DNA of 64,000 nucleotides from a virus. Its lineage: Duplodnaviria > Heunggongvirae > Uroviricota > Caudoviricetes. The translations under genes were made by a program, and so were the position numbers. Within the stretch, counting starts at the first letter, position 1. Each line of letters opens with the position of its first letter. The stretch lies in the IMG/VR virus record IMGVR_UViG_2563366960_000002; one strand, 5' to 3'. Below, one piece after another: positions 49,387 through 60,230 of the stretch. The notes under the pieces are model-generated. The model made no database searches. It was given only the letters and a program-made list of their open reading frames with translations, and was not told the DNA's origin.

Positions 49387-50816
49387 GTAAAACAACACCG
49401 ACTAAAGACAGTATTCGTGCAGAGTTTGAAGAGCTTGTCGAGAAAGACTCATTCTGGTCGAAGTTTGTCGGCTCTCAATTTGTCTCGATGCTGACATTGT
49501 TTATTACCCAGATTGTCTACAGGTGCTTTCAGTATGCCGATGCGGCGCTGGCTGAAGGCTTTATATCGACCGCGACGCGGCGTTCCTCTATCCTGGCAGC
49601 GGCAGAAACGAATAGTTACGTTGGTACCAAGCCAACACCGTCATCGGGGATGATTGAGATCACCGCCACAAGTGAAGATGCCCCAGCGGTAATCCCCAAA
49701 AACATGCCTTTAATATCTGACGACCAGTACCCTTACATGACTATGGATGTATGCAGGTTGGTTGACGGCACCGGTACGGTAGAAGTGGCGCAGTTGGAAA
49801 TCCAGGAGGTGACATATACCGTTACGGCAGCTAAAGAATTTCTGGAAGTCGTGTTATCAAAGGCTCTTACTGCTGTCTGCTATAAGCTGGAAGTATTCGT
49901 GACGACCGATGGTAAGACCACGCAGTGGTCTTCCAGCACTATGTTCCGGTTAGCCGGTAGTAAAAGCCAGGTCTACGTTGAGTTTTATAAACCATCCGAG
50001 CAGTTGGGGGTTCGATTCGGTGATGGGCTAATTGGGCAAATACCGCCAGAAGGCTCGACCATTACGCTTAAGGTATGGTGCACCAACGGCGATATAACCC
50101 TGGTTGCTGGCCAAAACCTGACGCCTGTCGATTCTGCGGCTAATTTAGCTAATTTGATTTCAGTTAAGACAACGACACCTATAACCGCAGGTACCGATGC
50201 CGAAACAACGGAGATCACACGTAACCGTGCACAATATTACCTTGCCTATGATGATCAGGTCGTATGGGGCGGGGACTATACGTATTTTCTGGTGCGTAAC
50301 ATCCCGGGACTGTCCTGGGTAAAGGCATGGGGCGAAGGCCAGCAAGAGAAATTAGATGGTGCTTATAATGTTCGGAATATCAATAAGATATTTATTTCAG
50401 GGTGGCATCCAAATAAAAGCCAGTCAGAGCTTGAAGAAATGATCCTGGCTGCCTTTAAGAAGGTGCCGAATGAGTTGAACAAGAAATTCTCGTATAAAGA
50501 GGTCAGAAAACTACCCTTTAAGATCACCATCACCGGGCGGATATCGGCAAGCCTGACCATTGAGAACGTGACCGATGAGCTGAAGTCGGCACTGGAAACA
50601 AAATTTGGGCGCGACTCAACTTTCTTTGATCCGAACCGCGTCGGAAAGTACATCCTGATTAAGAAAAAAGACGTTTGGGCGTTTATCGAAACGCTGGGTT
50701 ATTTCCGCGACTTTTATCTGGAATTTGTCGAGTGGAATGAGTCCAACGGCTTTTACGATTTCGTTTATCTGGATACAGAAAGCTCCACCTTTAATATTTC
50801 GTATGAGGAGGAGTGA
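49383..50816 (+). CDS. baseplate protein, gpJ-like position
   Basis: 477-aa ORF in coupled baseplate operon. Confidence 0.4.
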   Translation: MSKTTPTKDSIRAEFEELVEKDSFWSKFVGSQFVSMLTLFITQIVYRCFQYADAALAEGFISTATRRSSILAAAETNSYVGTKPTPSSGMIEITATSEDAPAVIPKNMPLISDDQYPYMTMDVCRLVDGTGTVEVAQLEIQEVTYTVTAAKEFLEVVLSKALTAVCYKLEVFVTTDGKTTQWSSSTMFRLAGSKSQVYVEFYKPSEQLGVRFGDGLIGQIPPEGSTITLKVWCTNGDITLVAGQNLTPVDSAANLANLISVKTTTPITAGTDAETTEITRNRAQYYLAYDDQVVWGGDYTYFLVRNIPGLSWVKAWGEGQQEKLDGAYNVRNINKIFISGWHPNKSQSELEEMILAAFKKVPNELNKKFSYKEVRKLPFKITITGRISASLTIENVTDELKSALETKFGRDSTFFDPNRVGKYILIKKKDVWAFIETLGYFRDFYLEFVEWNESNGFYDFVYLDTESSTFNISYEEE

Positions 50817-51652
50817 TGCAGCGTTCCTGGTTTAATAACCGGCTTACATCAGCTAAGCAAAAGTCATTGCTCTATAAATCATTGGCTGATTTGGTTCAGT
50901 CAATGATGGACACCTTTGTTGACCCATGGTTGGAGCGAATTACCAACCGGAAGTCTATTTTCTCCATGAGCAAGGAGGATCTGGAGACCAGGACAAATGA
51001 ACTTGGCCAGTTCTTTACTATCAGAACCTCGAACTCATCTTCCGTTCCGATGTTGTTACAACAGCGGCTTGATGAGATCCACTTTAAGGGAACTGAACGC
51101 CCTATAAACCAGACAATTTACCGCGAATTTAACGGTATTTCTGTTTTATGGGATCCGATATATGCACCGGTGGACCTTGAGCGTCATCCCTATGGCACGG
51201 TTCTAATACCAGAAAGCACACTGGAGACTACCGGCGGCACATTCGGCGAGATGTTTCTGACTTCCAGAGGGATGATCAGTATTCCCATAAACGACCTGGC
51301 CCGGACAATGGGGATTACTGGCACGATAGATCAGTCCGCAATTACAGAAGAAATTCTCAGAAAGTTTAATCAGTTCGTAAAGCCTCTACTGCCACTGCAT
51401 ATAGTGTTTGATGGGCTTACGCTCTATTTGTCGGTTGTTGTAAATGAACAGGCCGACATGATCACTTTGAACGAGATTTCTGATACCGAAAAAGCGTACT
51501 GCTGGTTTGAAACTTCGGATACAACTTCGCTTACTGGAGTTACGTCGATTAGCGCTCCGATCACTGCAACGCCGGGAGGCACTATTGTGAAAGCAACGCC
51601 TACGTTTGATCGCACCCGCGCAGATGATTTGCTGCTGGATAGCGATGCCTGA
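50813..51652 (+). CDS. baseplate/tail protein
   Basis: 279-aa ORF coupled to previous gene. Confidence 0.4.
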   Translation: MMQRSWFNNRLTSAKQKSLLYKSLADLVQSMMDTFVDPWLERITNRKSIFSMSKEDLETRTNELGQFFTIRTSNSSSVPMLLQQRLDEIHFKGTERPINQTIYREFNGISVLWDPIYAPVDLERHPYGTVLIPESTLETTGGTFGEMFLTSRGMISIPINDLARTMGITGTIDQSAITEEILRKFNQFVKPLLPLHIVFDGLTLYLSVVVNEQADMITLNEISDTEKAYCWFETSDTTSLTGVTSISAPITATPGGTIVKATPTFDRTRADDLLLDSDA

Positions 51653-51730
51653 CAATCACCCCGTCCGTAGGGCGGGGTGACAAGTTACTTCTCTTACAAT
51701 GAGGCTTCACAACATTGATTAGGGAAAATC

Positions 51731-52165
51731 ATGTCTGACGTCTCAACAAACCTCTATAAGAGTCAGTTGTTGGACTATTACTATCAGCGGCGCGCTGAAT
51801 CGTCCATTAACAAAGGCTCTCGATTTTTAATCAGCAAGGCCGTTTTCGGTACCAGTTCGCTGGTTACCAAGAAAGGAGATGGCACTTATGAGATTGGAGA
51901 ACTGCCAAAGGCTTTCGATCTGGCAGAACTGACCAGTCAATTTTGCACCATCAACCTCGTGCCAACCTACTCAGGTGGGATAATTACTGTCCGAATGGAC
52001 CTTGATCAAAGCCAGTTGCAGGAAGGGAAAAACTACCCATTCAACACTCTGGTTGTTCTGGATAACGAGAACAAGCCAATCGCCATTATTTGTGTCCAGG
52101 AAGACTCGCTGTATGTGGGCAAAACATATACCGCAGTTATGGCCATAAACACGACTACAGCATAA
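51731..52165 (+). CDS. tail-fibre-associated protein (P1 R-like)
   Basis: 144-aa ORF immediately upstream of the fibre gene. Confidence 0.45.
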   Translation: MSDVSTNLYKSQLLDYYYQRRAESSINKGSRFLISKAVFGTSSLVTKKGDGTYEIGELPKAFDLAELTSQFCTINLVPTYSGGIITVRMDLDQSQLQEGKNYPFNTLVVLDNENKPIAIICVQEDSLYVGKTYTAVMAINTTTA

Positions 52166-52176
52166 GGATATGCTTG

Positions 52177-55101
52177 ATGAATGACGTTACAGTTGTCACA
52201 TCGGTTACTTACCCATCACCCGAGTCGTTGGCTCTGGTGGCTGATGTGCAATACCACGAACCATATCTGTCAGCCGCGCTAAACCGAAAATTCAGGGGGA
52301 TTGTTGACCCGGGATTTTATGCCGGTTTCTTACCTAAGCCTGGCGGTGGGATGAACCTGTTAATCACCTCAGTGGATGGTGATAAAACCGCAGGCGCGGC
52401 GTCGGTGGATATTGGTGAATTCTACCAGGTAACTATTCAGCAACGTAAGGATATTTCTCTTGCACTTAGTGCAGGCAAGAAATATGCAATTGTGCTGAAG
52501 GGAAGATACCTCCTTGGAGAAGATACCTATCAGGTGAATACCGCGTCACATATTCATGCGGCTGAATTTGTTGCCAGAACCTATACCGATTCATATCAGT
52601 TAGGAGATGGGGAGCTGCTTGTTTGTACGGTGAATATCCCTGCTGGTGTATCTGCCATTACCCAGGAGATGATTGATACATCCGAGCGTATCAACCGCAC
52701 GATCGGCATTGATATTTCAGACTCTGTAACCAGTAGCAGAAGTGATGTTGCTGCAAGTTCGCTGGCAGTTAAAAAAGCTTACGATCTGGCGAAAAGTAAG
52801 TATACGGCGCAGGATGCAAGCACAACGCAAAAGGGATTAGTTCAGCTCAGTAGCGAAACTAACAGCGACAGCGAAACAATGGCGGCTACCCCTAAAGCCG
52901 TTAAGTCTGTAAAAGATCTTGCTGATACCAAAGCGCCAATAGAAAGCCCGAGTCTGACAGGAACGCCAACCGCGCCGACGGCAGCGCAAGGTACAAATAG
53001 CACGCAGATCGCAAATACAGCCTTTGTTAAGGCAGCTATAACGGCACTTATCAACGGTGCACCTGGCACACTGGATACACTTAAAGAAATAGCTGCTGCG
53101 ATCAATAACGACCCGAATTTCAGCACAACTATCAACAATGCTCTGGCCCTTAAAGCGCCTTTAGCAAGTCCTGCATTAACGGGAATACCTACTGCGCCTA
53201 CCGCTGCACAGGGTACGAATAACACGCAGATTGCTACGACCGCTTATGTAAGAGCTGCCATATCCGCACTGGTTGGTTCATCACCAGAAGCTCTTGATAC
53301 CCTGAATGAGCTTGCCGCAGCACTTGGCAATGACCCGAACTTTGCGACAACAATGACAAATGCGCTGGCAGGCAAACAGCCTCTGGATGCAACTTTAACC
53401 GCTCTCGCGGCCCTTGCGACTGGTGCAAACAAACTGCCTTATTTTACTGGTAAGGATACGGTAGCTCAGACTGATTTAACGTCAGTCGGTCGCGATATTC
53501 TGGCTAAAACAAGCACACTGGCCGTTATCCAATACCTTGGTTTAAGAGAACTCGGTACCAGCGGTGAAAAGATCCCCCTGTTGAGCACGGCTAACACATG
53601 GAGTGCGCGCCAGACTTTCAACGGCGGGATCACCGGAGCGCTGACAGGGAACGCCGATACCGCAACGAAATTGAAAACAGCCAGAAACATTAATGGCGTC
53701 AGGTTCGATGGTTCTGGTGACATTAATATCAATACTATGGTATCGCGTGGTCGCGTAACGGCTCTGGGGGCGAATGCACAGGGGACATCCGGGATTCAGC
53801 TGTATGAGGCATACAACAATGGCTACCCTTCCCCCTATGGCAATGTGCTTCACCTTAAAGGTGCCACCGCTGCTGGCGAAGGTGAGTTATTCATTGGCTG
53901 GAGTGGCACGAGTGGTGACCATGCGCCCGTACATATCCGTTCGCGGCGGGATACTGATTCTGCTAACTGGTCTGAATGGGCGCAGGTCTATACGTCAAAA
54001 GATTCCGTTCCCGGCGTTAATGCCAAAGGGAATCAGGACACCTCTGGTAATGCGGCTACAGCGACTAAATTGCAGACAGCATGTACTATTAACGGTGTCT
54101 CGTTTGATGGTTCTAAAAACATTGAGTTAACGGCGGAAGATTTAAATCTTGAGCAAACCGTAGAATTAGCCGTAGGAGCATTACAGAAAAACCAGAACGG
54201 CGCGGATATTCCAGGAAAAGATACCTTCACCAAAAATATTGGGGCCTGCCGCGCATATAGCGCATGGCTGGATATTGGTGGCGATAGTCAGGTCTGGACA
54301 ACCGCGCAATTTATTTCGTGGCTGGAGAGTCAGGGAGCATTTAACCATCCTTACTGGATGTGCAAAGGCTCATGGGCTTATGCAAATAATAAGGTCATTA
54401 CAGATACAGGTTGCGGAAATATTTGTCTTGCAGGTGCTGTGGTGGAAGTTATTGGCACTCGCGGCGCAATGACCATACGCGTTACCACGCCGAGCACGTC
54501 CAGCGGTGGAGGAATTACTAACGCTCAATTCACTTATATTAATCATGGTGATGCTTACGCTCCTGGCTGGCGACGAGACTACAACACGAAAAATCAACAA
54601 CCTGCATTTGCTTTAGGGCAAACAGGAAGCACTGTCGGAAATGATAAAGCTGTTGGCTGGAACTGGAATAGCGGGGTCTATAACGCAATCATTGGTGGCG
54701 CATCGACATTAATCCTCCACTTCAATATGAATACGGGGAGCTGCCCTGCTGTACAGTTCCGCGTGAATTACAGGAACGGTGGTATTTTTTATCGTTCAGC
54801 GCGTGATGGTTACGGATTCGAAGCTGACTGGTCAGAATTTTACACCACAACACGCAAGCCATCAGCAGGAGATGTTGGTGCATATACGCAGGCAGAATGT
54901 AACTCAAGGTTTATTACAGGTATTCGCCTTGGCGGTCTGTCATCTGTTCAGACATGGAATGGTCCCGGCTGGTCTGACAGGTCAGGTTATGTCGTTACGG
55001 GTTCAGTTAACGGAAACCGTGATGAATTAATTGATACAACTCAGGCAAGGCCAATTCAGTATTGCATTAATGGAACGTGGTATAACGCGGGGAGTATTTA
55101 A
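52177..55101 (+). CDS. S: tail fibre protein S (constant Sc part to about 53550, variable Sv part thereafter)
   Basis: Start set at ATG 52177 (MNDVTVV) after AAGGA RBS; track ORF begins upstream at 52090; crosses cix site at 53525..53550; C-terminal half shares a 599-bp repeat with the inverted Sv' cassette. Confidence 0.8.
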   Translation: MNDVTVVTSVTYPSPESLALVADVQYHEPYLSAALNRKFRGIVDPGFYAGFLPKPGGGMNLLITSVDGDKTAGAASVDIGEFYQVTIQQRKDISLALSAGKKYAIVLKGRYLLGEDTYQVNTASHIHAAEFVARTYTDSYQLGDGELLVCTVNIPAGVSAITQEMIDTSERINRTIGIDISDSVTSSRSDVAASSLAVKKAYDLAKSKYTAQDASTTQKGLVQLSSETNSDSETMAATPKAVKSVKDLADTKAPIESPSLTGTPTAPTAAQGTNSTQIANTAFVKAAITALINGAPGTLDTLKEIAAAINNDPNFSTTINNALALKAPLASPALTGIPTAPTAAQGTNNTQIATTAYVRAAISALVGSSPEALDTLNELAAALGNDPNFATTMTNALAGKQPLDATLTALAALATGANKLPYFTGKDTVAQTDLTSVGRDILAKTSTLAVIQYLGLRELGTSGEKIPLLSTANTWSARQTFNGGITGALTGNADTATKLKTARNINGVRFDGSGDININTMVSRGRVTALGANAQGTSGIQLYEAYNNGYPSPYGNVLHLKGATAAGEGELFIGWSGTSGDHAPVHIRSRRDTDSANWSEWAQVYTSKDSVPGVNAKGNQDTSGNAATATKLQTACTINGVSFDGSKNIELTAEDLNLEQTVELAVGALQKNQNGADIPGKDTFTKNIGACRAYSAWLDIGGDSQVWTTAQFISWLESQGAFNHPYWMCKGSWAYANNKVITDTGCGNICLAGAVVEVIGTRGAMTIRVTTPSTSSGGGITNAQFTYINHGDAYAPGWRRDYNTKNQQPAFALGQTGSTVGNDKAVGWNWNSGVYNAIIGGASTLILHFNMNTGSCPAVQFRVNYRNGGIFYRSARDGYGFEADWSEFYTTTRKPSAGDVGAYTQAECNSRFITGIRLGGLSSVQTWNGPGWSDRSGYVVTGSVNGNRDELIDTTQARPIQYCINGTWYNAGSI
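53525..53550. promoter_or_regulatory. cix recombination site (TTATCCAATACCTTGGTTTAAGAGAA)
   Basis: Resembles Gin/Cin crossover sites as recalled; lies at the boundary of the inverted repeat. Confidence 0.7.
53551..54149. repeat. left inverted repeat of the C-segment (599 bp)
   Basis: Exact reverse-complement match to 57228..57826; identical ORFs on opposite strands in the track. Confidence 0.85.
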
Positions 55102-55103
55102 TT

Positions 55104-55637
55104 ATGATGCACTTAAAAAATATTACTGCTGGCAACCCTAAAACAAAAGAGCAATACCAGCTAACGAAACAATTTAACATCAAATGGCTTTATACAGAGG
55201 ATGGGAAAAACTGGTATGAGGAACAAAAGAACTTTCAGCCTGATACGTTGAAAATGGTCTATGACCACAACAACGTTATTATTTGTATTGAAAAGGATGT
55301 TTCAGCAATTAATCCAGAAGGCGCAAGCGTCGTTGAGGTTCCTGATATTACAGCAAATCGCCGGGCTGATATTTCGGGTAAATGGATGTTCAAAGATGGC
55401 GTAGTGATAAAGCGAACTTATACCGAGGAGGAACAGAGGCAGCAGGCAGAGAATGAAAAGCAAAGCCTGTTGCAACTTGTCAGGGATAAAACCCAGCTAT
55501 GGGACTCACAGCTACGGCTGGGCATCATTTCCGACGAGAATAAGCAGAAATTAACCGAGTGGATGCTCTTTGCGCAGAAAGTCGAATCTACAGACACCTC
55601 CAGCCTGCCAGTAACGTTTCCCGAACAACCAGAATGA
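55104..55637 (+). CDS. U: tail fibre assembly protein U
   Basis: 177-aa ORF directly after S; paralog of the inverted U' gene. Confidence 0.75.
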   Translation: MMHLKNITAGNPKTKEQYQLTKQFNIKWLYTEDGKNWYEEQKNFQPDTLKMVYDHNNVIICIEKDVSAINPEGASVVEVPDITANRRADISGKWMFKDGVVIKRTYTEEEQRQQAENEKQSLLQLVRDKTQLWDSQLRLGIISDENKQKLTEWMLFAQKVESTDTSSLPVTFPEQPE

Positions 55638-55640
55638 GAG

Positions 55641-55668
55641 AAGGCCCGCTATCGGGCCTTAATTTTTA
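55641..55668. terminator. bidirectional terminator (AAGGCCCG-CTAT-CGGGCCTT then T-rich)
   Basis: Direct read between convergent U and U'. Confidence 0.65.
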
Positions 55669-56193
55669 TTCAGGCTTTTGTGGCCATTCAGGATTTGCCG
55701 TATCCACACGGCTGACCAGAACGCTGTAGCGTTCCCATGACTCCAGTCGTGCGCGTTCCTCATCCGTCGCCATGTTCAGCCTGACAGCGCGTTCCAGTGG
55801 CTGGATAACTGATTCAGCTTCGGAAAGTAATGCGGCCTTTTGTGATTTGGCCTGTTGTTGCTGTTCGTCTGCCGTATAAATCCGCTTAACTACAGCCCCG
55901 TCCTTAAACATCCACTTACCGGAATCATCAGCACGACGATTAGCTGTAATATCAGGAACCTCAACGACGCTATAACCTTCAGGGTTAAGCGTGGAGGCAT
56001 CTTTGGTGATGGCGACAATAATATTATTTGCATCGTAAACAATCTTTATTGTGTCTGGCTGAAAGTTTTTCACTTCCTCATACCAGTTTTTTCCGTCCTC
56101 AGAGTAAAGCCAGATAACTCCGTGTTTCTTTGTTAACTCATACTGTTCCAGTGTTTTAGCGTTACCCGCTTTTATGTTCTTTAAGTGCATCAT
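55666..56193 (-). CDS. alternative tail fibre assembly protein U'
   Basis: 175-aa ORF; N-terminus [14 protein letters not shown] paralogous to U. Confidence 0.7.
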   Translation of the reverse strand: MMHLKNIKAGNAKTLEQYELTKKHGVIWLYSEDGKNWYEEVKNFQPDTIKIVYDANNIIVAITKDASTLNPEGYSVVEVPDITANRRADDSGKWMFKDGAVVKRIYTADEQQQQAKSQKAALLSEAESVIQPLERAVRLNMATDEERARLESWERYSVLVSRVDTANPEWPQKPE

Positions 56194-56194
56194 A

Positions 56195-57796
56195 TTAAAC
56201 GCTCGCTACATTATACCAGGTGCCATTTATATACTTTTGAACGGGTCTGTAATAAACGCCCGCTATATTATCGGCAGAGTTGGACCCTGTATCCTGAACA
56301 TTAATACCAGACAATACATGACCTGACGGGCACTGGAAATTCCATGTTTGCCAGTTGTTCACTCCATAATATTGCTGTGAACCAAGTCGAACATCTTTCA
56401 CATATCTGGAATCAAAATTGCCATAGTTTCCGGGAATAACTTGCGCACCGCAAAGCCAGTTTCCGTTATTATCCATGTACGCCTGACCATCGGTGCCATT
56501 GGCTGTCCTTGAATTATTAATCATGTAAAAACCAAACTGGTAGTTACCAAGTCCACCGACAAAAAATTTGCGTTCTGCATGGTCTTGTCTTAACAAAGCC
56601 TGCGCAGAACTTGTTGATACTGCGTTTCTACCAAAAATGACATTCTGGTTTCGCATATCAATCCATGAGGTTGAGCCACTATTAATAGCAAACCTGTTTG
56701 CATACACCCAGGCGTTAGTTGTTATATCTCCTGTAACATCCAGACCATGCCCCATAGTTATGCGGCCAGTTCTGAGATTAAGCGTAAAGGGACGTAGTGG
56801 CCCTATATCACCATTTTCCCCCTCATTCTCTCGTGTAGGGATGATATGCAGGCATTCTTCAGAACGGCGAAAAATGGCACCAAAAGATGAATTAAATATC
56901 CTCAGTGCATTGACTGTCGATATTTTTACTTCACTGCTGAAAAGGGCTTTAACAAGAACAGACAAAGCATCCCATTTAAGATTCATCAGGTCTTTTGTTG
57001 TGGTGCTCTGGCGGCTTCTCCATTTGAAATATTCATTTCCGTTGTCGCCTGTTTCAAACCACATGTATGAATCAGTATCGCTGTCGGCATCATTTTTAAA
57101 TCCAATCTTTGCCCAGTCAGTATTTCGAATCCAGGCAAGGATTGAGTCATTTTCAAAAGTAAGCCCGCCGGACAAGATATCGCCTGAACGCTGAACGGCA
57201 TTATTTGCTTTATTAATGAATTCCTGTAGATTTAAATCTTCCGCCGTTAACTCAATGTTTTTAGAACCATCAAACGAGACACCGTTAATAGTACATGCTG
57301 TCTGCAATTTAGTCGCTGTAGCCGCATTACCAGAGGTGTCCTGATTCCCTTTGGCATTAACGCCGGGAACGGAATCTTTTGACGTATAGACCTGCGCCCA
57401 TTCAGACCAGTTAGCAGAATCAGTATCCCGCCGCGAACGGATATGTACGGGCGCATGGTCACCACTCGTGCCACTCCAGCCAATGAATAACTCACCTTCG
57501 CCAGCAGCGGTGGCACCTTTAAGGTGAAGCACATTGCCATAGGGGGAAGGGTAGCCATTGTTGTATGCCTCATACAGCTGAATCCCGGATGTCCCCTGTG
57601 CATTCGCCCCCAGAGCCGTTACGCGACCACGCGATACCATAGTATTGATATTAATGTCACCAGAACCATCGAACCTGACGCCATTAATGTTTCTGGCTGT
57701 TTTCAATTTCGTTGCGGTATCGGCGTTCCCTGTCAGCGCTCCGGTGATCCCGCCGTTGAAAGTCTGGCGCGCACTCCATGTGTTAGCCGTGCTCAA
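56195..57796 (-). CDS. alternative tail fibre variable cassette Sv' (promoterless; fuses to Sc after inversion)
   Basis: 533-aa ORF; first about 200 residues identical to the matching S segment, then divergent. Confidence 0.7.
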   Translation of the reverse strand: MSTANTWSARQTFNGGITGALTGNADTATKLKTARNINGVRFDGSGDININTMVSRGRVTALGANAQGTSGIQLYEAYNNGYPSPYGNVLHLKGATAAGEGELFIGWSGTSGDHAPVHIRSRRDTDSANWSEWAQVYTSKDSVPGVNAKGNQDTSGNAATATKLQTACTINGVSFDGSKNIELTAEDLNLQEFINKANNAVQRSGDILSGGLTFENDSILAWIRNTDWAKIGFKNDADSDTDSYMWFETGDNGNEYFKWRSRQSTTTKDLMNLKWDALSVLVKALFSSEVKISTVNALRIFNSSFGAIFRRSEECLHIIPTRENEGENGDIGPLRPFTLNLRTGRITMGHGLDVTGDITTNAWVYANRFAINSGSTSWIDMRNQNVIFGRNAVSTSSAQALLRQDHAERKFFVGGLGNYQFGFYMINNSRTANGTDGQAYMDNNGNWLCGAQVIPGNYGNFDSRYVKDVRLGSQQYYGVNNWQTWNFQCPSGHVLSGINVQDTGSNSADNIAGVYYRPVQKYINGTWYNVASV

Positions 57797-57826
57797 CAGG
57801 GGGATCTTTTCACCGCTGGTACCGAG
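57228..57826. repeat. right inverted repeat of the C-segment (599 bp)
   Basis: Reverse complement of 53551..54149. Confidence 0.85.
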
Positions 57827-57852
57827 TTCTCTTAAACCAAGGTTTAGGATTG
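57827..57852. promoter_or_regulatory. cix recombination site, inverted copy
   Basis: Reverse complement CAATCCTAAACCTTGGTTTAAGAGAA matches the left site over its core and inner arm. Confidence 0.7.
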
Positions 57853-58404
57853 AAATGATGACGCAGGAAACTTTTTATAAAGCGTGGAAACAGCAACATC
57901 ATAGATGATTGCAACCTGCTTACGGGGGATGCCATTCTCCAGCAATCGACGCATTTGCTGCCATGTTTCTTCTTGGTATTTAGGCCGACGGCCTCCTATT
58001 CGACCTTCTGCGCGAGCTGCATCAAGTCCAGCGCGTGTACGTTCAACGATAAGCTCGCGTTCCATTTCAGCCAGCGCCCCCATTACGTGAAAGAAAAAAC
58101 GCCCCATTGGTGTACTGGTGTCGATAGAGTCAGTGAGACTCCGGAAATTAATTCCTCTGTCACGCAGCTCTTCCACCAGCACAACCAAGTGACGCATGCT
58201 GCGCCCAAGACGATCTAACTTCCATACGACCAGGGTGTCACCTCTGGAAAGCATACGCAAAACCTTTTTTAGCCCAGGGCGTTCAGTCTTTTTGCCGCTC
58301 GCCTTATCCTCAAAAATTAGCTCACATCCTGCGCTTTCAAGGGCATTTCGTTGCAAAGCAGTGTTTTGTTCATTTGTTGATACGCGTACATAGCCGATCA
58401 GCAT
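57844..58404 (-). CDS. cin: serine recombinase / DNA invertase Cin
   Basis: 186-aa ORF; N-terminal resolvase-family catalytic motif GYVRVSTNEQ, C-terminal HTH; adjacent to cix. Confidence 0.85.
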   Translation of the reverse strand: MLIGYVRVSTNEQNTALQRNALESAGCELIFEDKASGKKTERPGLKKVLRMLSRGDTLVVWKLDRLGRSMRHLVVLVEELRDRGINFRSLTDSIDTSTPMGRFFFHVMGALAEMERELIVERTRAGLDAARAEGRIGGRRPKYQEETWQQMRRLLENGIPRKQVAIIYDVAVSTLYKKFPASSFQS

Positions 58405-58525
58405 GATTTTTACTCTAATGCGTTGTTCTTATGAGTCTGCGAATTTTAAAGAACAAAGCGTTATGCACAGAAATAACAATCTGAATAGGTTCCTGCTTGA
58501 TTTTTGTTAGATCCGGGAGGAGCTT

Positions 58526-58810
58526 ATGCAGATTTTGATTTTTTTAATGTCCATTATTAGTGGAACCTATTTATTTCTTACTGGAGTTAGGCGTGGAGCT
58601 TATAAGCCATGTTTTTTACATTGGCTTGAAGCATGGCTGCTTGCCATAAAAGGTGGTTTTGTTGGTTTTTGTCTTGCAGAAGTTCAGTGGGGAAACTCAT
58701 TTTTGAATGTGGTTGCTTTTTTGATATGTAGTTGGAATAGCCATTTTGTATTAAGAATAACCAAAATATGGGTTTTTCACTTGATTTACGAATGTATTGG
58801 CAAATTATGA
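58526..58810 (+). CDS. small membrane protein, AT-rich
   Basis: 94-aa ORF with three hydrophobic helices; GGAGG RBS. Confidence 0.45.
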   Translation: MQILIFLMSIISGTYLFLTGVRRGAYKPCFLHWLEAWLLAIKGGFVGFCLAEVQWGNSFLNVVAFLICSWNSHFVLRITKIWVFHLIYECIGKL

Positions 58811-58870
58811 ACAACCAGATGAGAAGTTACTTTGCATACCATTACCTCCTGACAACGTAGGAGGGAACTT

Positions 58871-59200
58871 GTGCTTGACACACAGGAATTAGCTCCAGTT
58901 GCTATTGCGCTCCTGCTTTCAGTAATTGGTGGGATAGGCACGTTCCTGATGGATGTCCGAGACGGTCGCCAGTCTGGCAATTTGTTGGGATTGGTTACGG
59001 AGATCTTTGTTGCAGTGACAGCTGGCGCGGTGGCGTACCTATTGGGGCAACACGAGGGCTGGGAGTTATCAATTACGTACTTAATGGTAACGATAGCCAG
59101 CAATAACGGTCATGAGGTGATTTCAGGGATGAAACGAGTGAATATCGATAGCATTCTGAATGTTCTTACAAGTTTGGTGAAAAAGGGAGGCGGGAAATGA
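58871..59200 (+). CDS. holin-like membrane protein (P1 LydA-like by position)
   Basis: 109-aa ORF with two TM helices and charged C-terminus. Confidence 0.45.
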   Translation: MLDTQELAPVAIALLLSVIGGIGTFLMDVRDGRQSGNLLGLVTEIFVAVTAGAVAYLLGQHEGWELSITYLMVTIASNNGHEVISGMKRVNIDSILNVLTSLVKKGGGK

Positions 59201-59640
59201 TTGGCTGGGGTGTATGCGTTCTTGCGTTAGCCTTAGCCGATCGCTATTTGCTAAAACGCAAGGACATCACGCATTTAGAACTTGGTGATGTGGAAATTAA
59301 ACCGGGTTTCATCCGGGTGCCGTTCAAATACCGGTCTAAATTCCCGTTTTTGCGCGGCGCAACGGTCAGATATTGGATCCGCGATGTTCAGAAGCCGACG
59401 ACAGTGATTGAAGGCGAACAACGTTGTCTGACGTCAGCTGAACAGGGCGAAAACAGTGAATGGTTGTACATACCCACTGAATATATGGGTAAAGGAGAGC
59501 GACTGTGGCATTTCAACGTCATGGTTACGCATGGCGACTCGTTCATTAACCCGTTGTATCGGATTTTCCCTGTTACTCAGCAAATCCGCAGAAGTTACGT
59601 AATAAATCTCGCACAGGATGTGTCAGATGACGAAAAATAA
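59197..59640 (+). CDS. hypothetical protein (LydB-like by position)
   Basis: 147-aa ORF coupled to previous gene. Confidence 0.4.
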   Translation: MIGWGVCVLALALADRYLLKRKDITHLELGDVEIKPGFIRVPFKYRSKFPFLRGATVRYWIRDVQKPTTVIEGEQRCLTSAEQGENSEWLYIPTEYMGKGERLWHFNVMVTHGDSFINPLYRIFPVTQQIRRSYVINLAQDVSDDEK

Positions 59641-60229
59641 GTATGCAACGGTCGATTTTGACCAGGTTAATGAAAAGGGGCTGAAATCCCTTATCGCGGC
59701 GATCAATAAAACCGGTGTTACGGTAATTGAGGTTGACTCCAGCAACCGCGCAACAACGAAAGATGGCGTTAAAGTTAAAACCGCAAAGCTGGTTCTTAAC
59801 GACGGACAAATTCTTGCCATACAGGTAAACGATACTGGCGATATATCGTCTGTGAAACTGAATGGAAAAGCTATTCCTAACGCTCAGTCGCCGGATATCA
59901 AGACGCTTGGTACCGTCATGGGACAGGCGGCCCGCAAAAACTCCGCAAAATTCCAGAAATCACTGATCGCCAAAGCGAAGCGTGTTGCCAATCCGGTAGA
60001 CAAGAAACCGGCAGTTAAATCCAACTTTCAGCGCCTGCAAGAAGCAAAACAGCGGAATGCTCAGGTGGTTGCCGCTTATAAGTCCGCGCAGAATTCGGTG
60101 TCTTTCAATCAACAGCAGATCACTGATTTGCGGGCGAAGCTGGATAAGGAGACGGGCCGACTCAATAACGAAAAGGCACGGAATGGCGAACTCAAACGTC
60201 GTCTTAAGCAACTGAAAGCAGGAAATTAA
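59627..60229 (+). CDS. hypothetical protein with basic coiled-coil C-terminus
   Basis: Start set at ATG 59627 after AGGA RBS (track start 59618). Confidence 0.45.
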   Translation: MTKNKYATVDFDQVNEKGLKSLIAAINKTGVTVIEVDSSNRATTKDGVKVKTAKLVLNDGQILAIQVNDTGDISSVKLNGKAIPNAQSPDIKTLGTVMGQAARKNSAKFQKSLIAKAKRVANPVDKKPAVKSNFQRLQEAKQRNAQVVAAYKSAQNSVSFNQQQITDLRAKLDKETGRLNNEKARNGELKRRLKQLKAGN

Positions 60230-60230
60230 C

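Larger units (their letters stand above)
53525..57852. other. invertible C-segment (about 4.3 kb) bounded by cix sites
   Basis: Inverted cix sites, 599-bp inverted repeats, Sv/U and Sv'/U' cassettes in opposite orientation, adjacent invertase gene. Confidence 0.8.

Noticed and set aside
53774-54130. Identical 118-aa ORFs at 53774..54130 (+) and 57247..57603 (-), and the pair 53542..53853 / 57524..57835
   Set aside because: Both fall inside the 599-bp inverted repeats of the C-segment in frames other than S and Sv'; duplicated by the repeat, not independent genes
57844-58404. Integrase or mobile-element boundary
   Set aside because: The recombinase is a small serine invertase next to cix sites; no tyrosine integrase, att site or chromosomal flank is visible, consistent with a plasmid prophage
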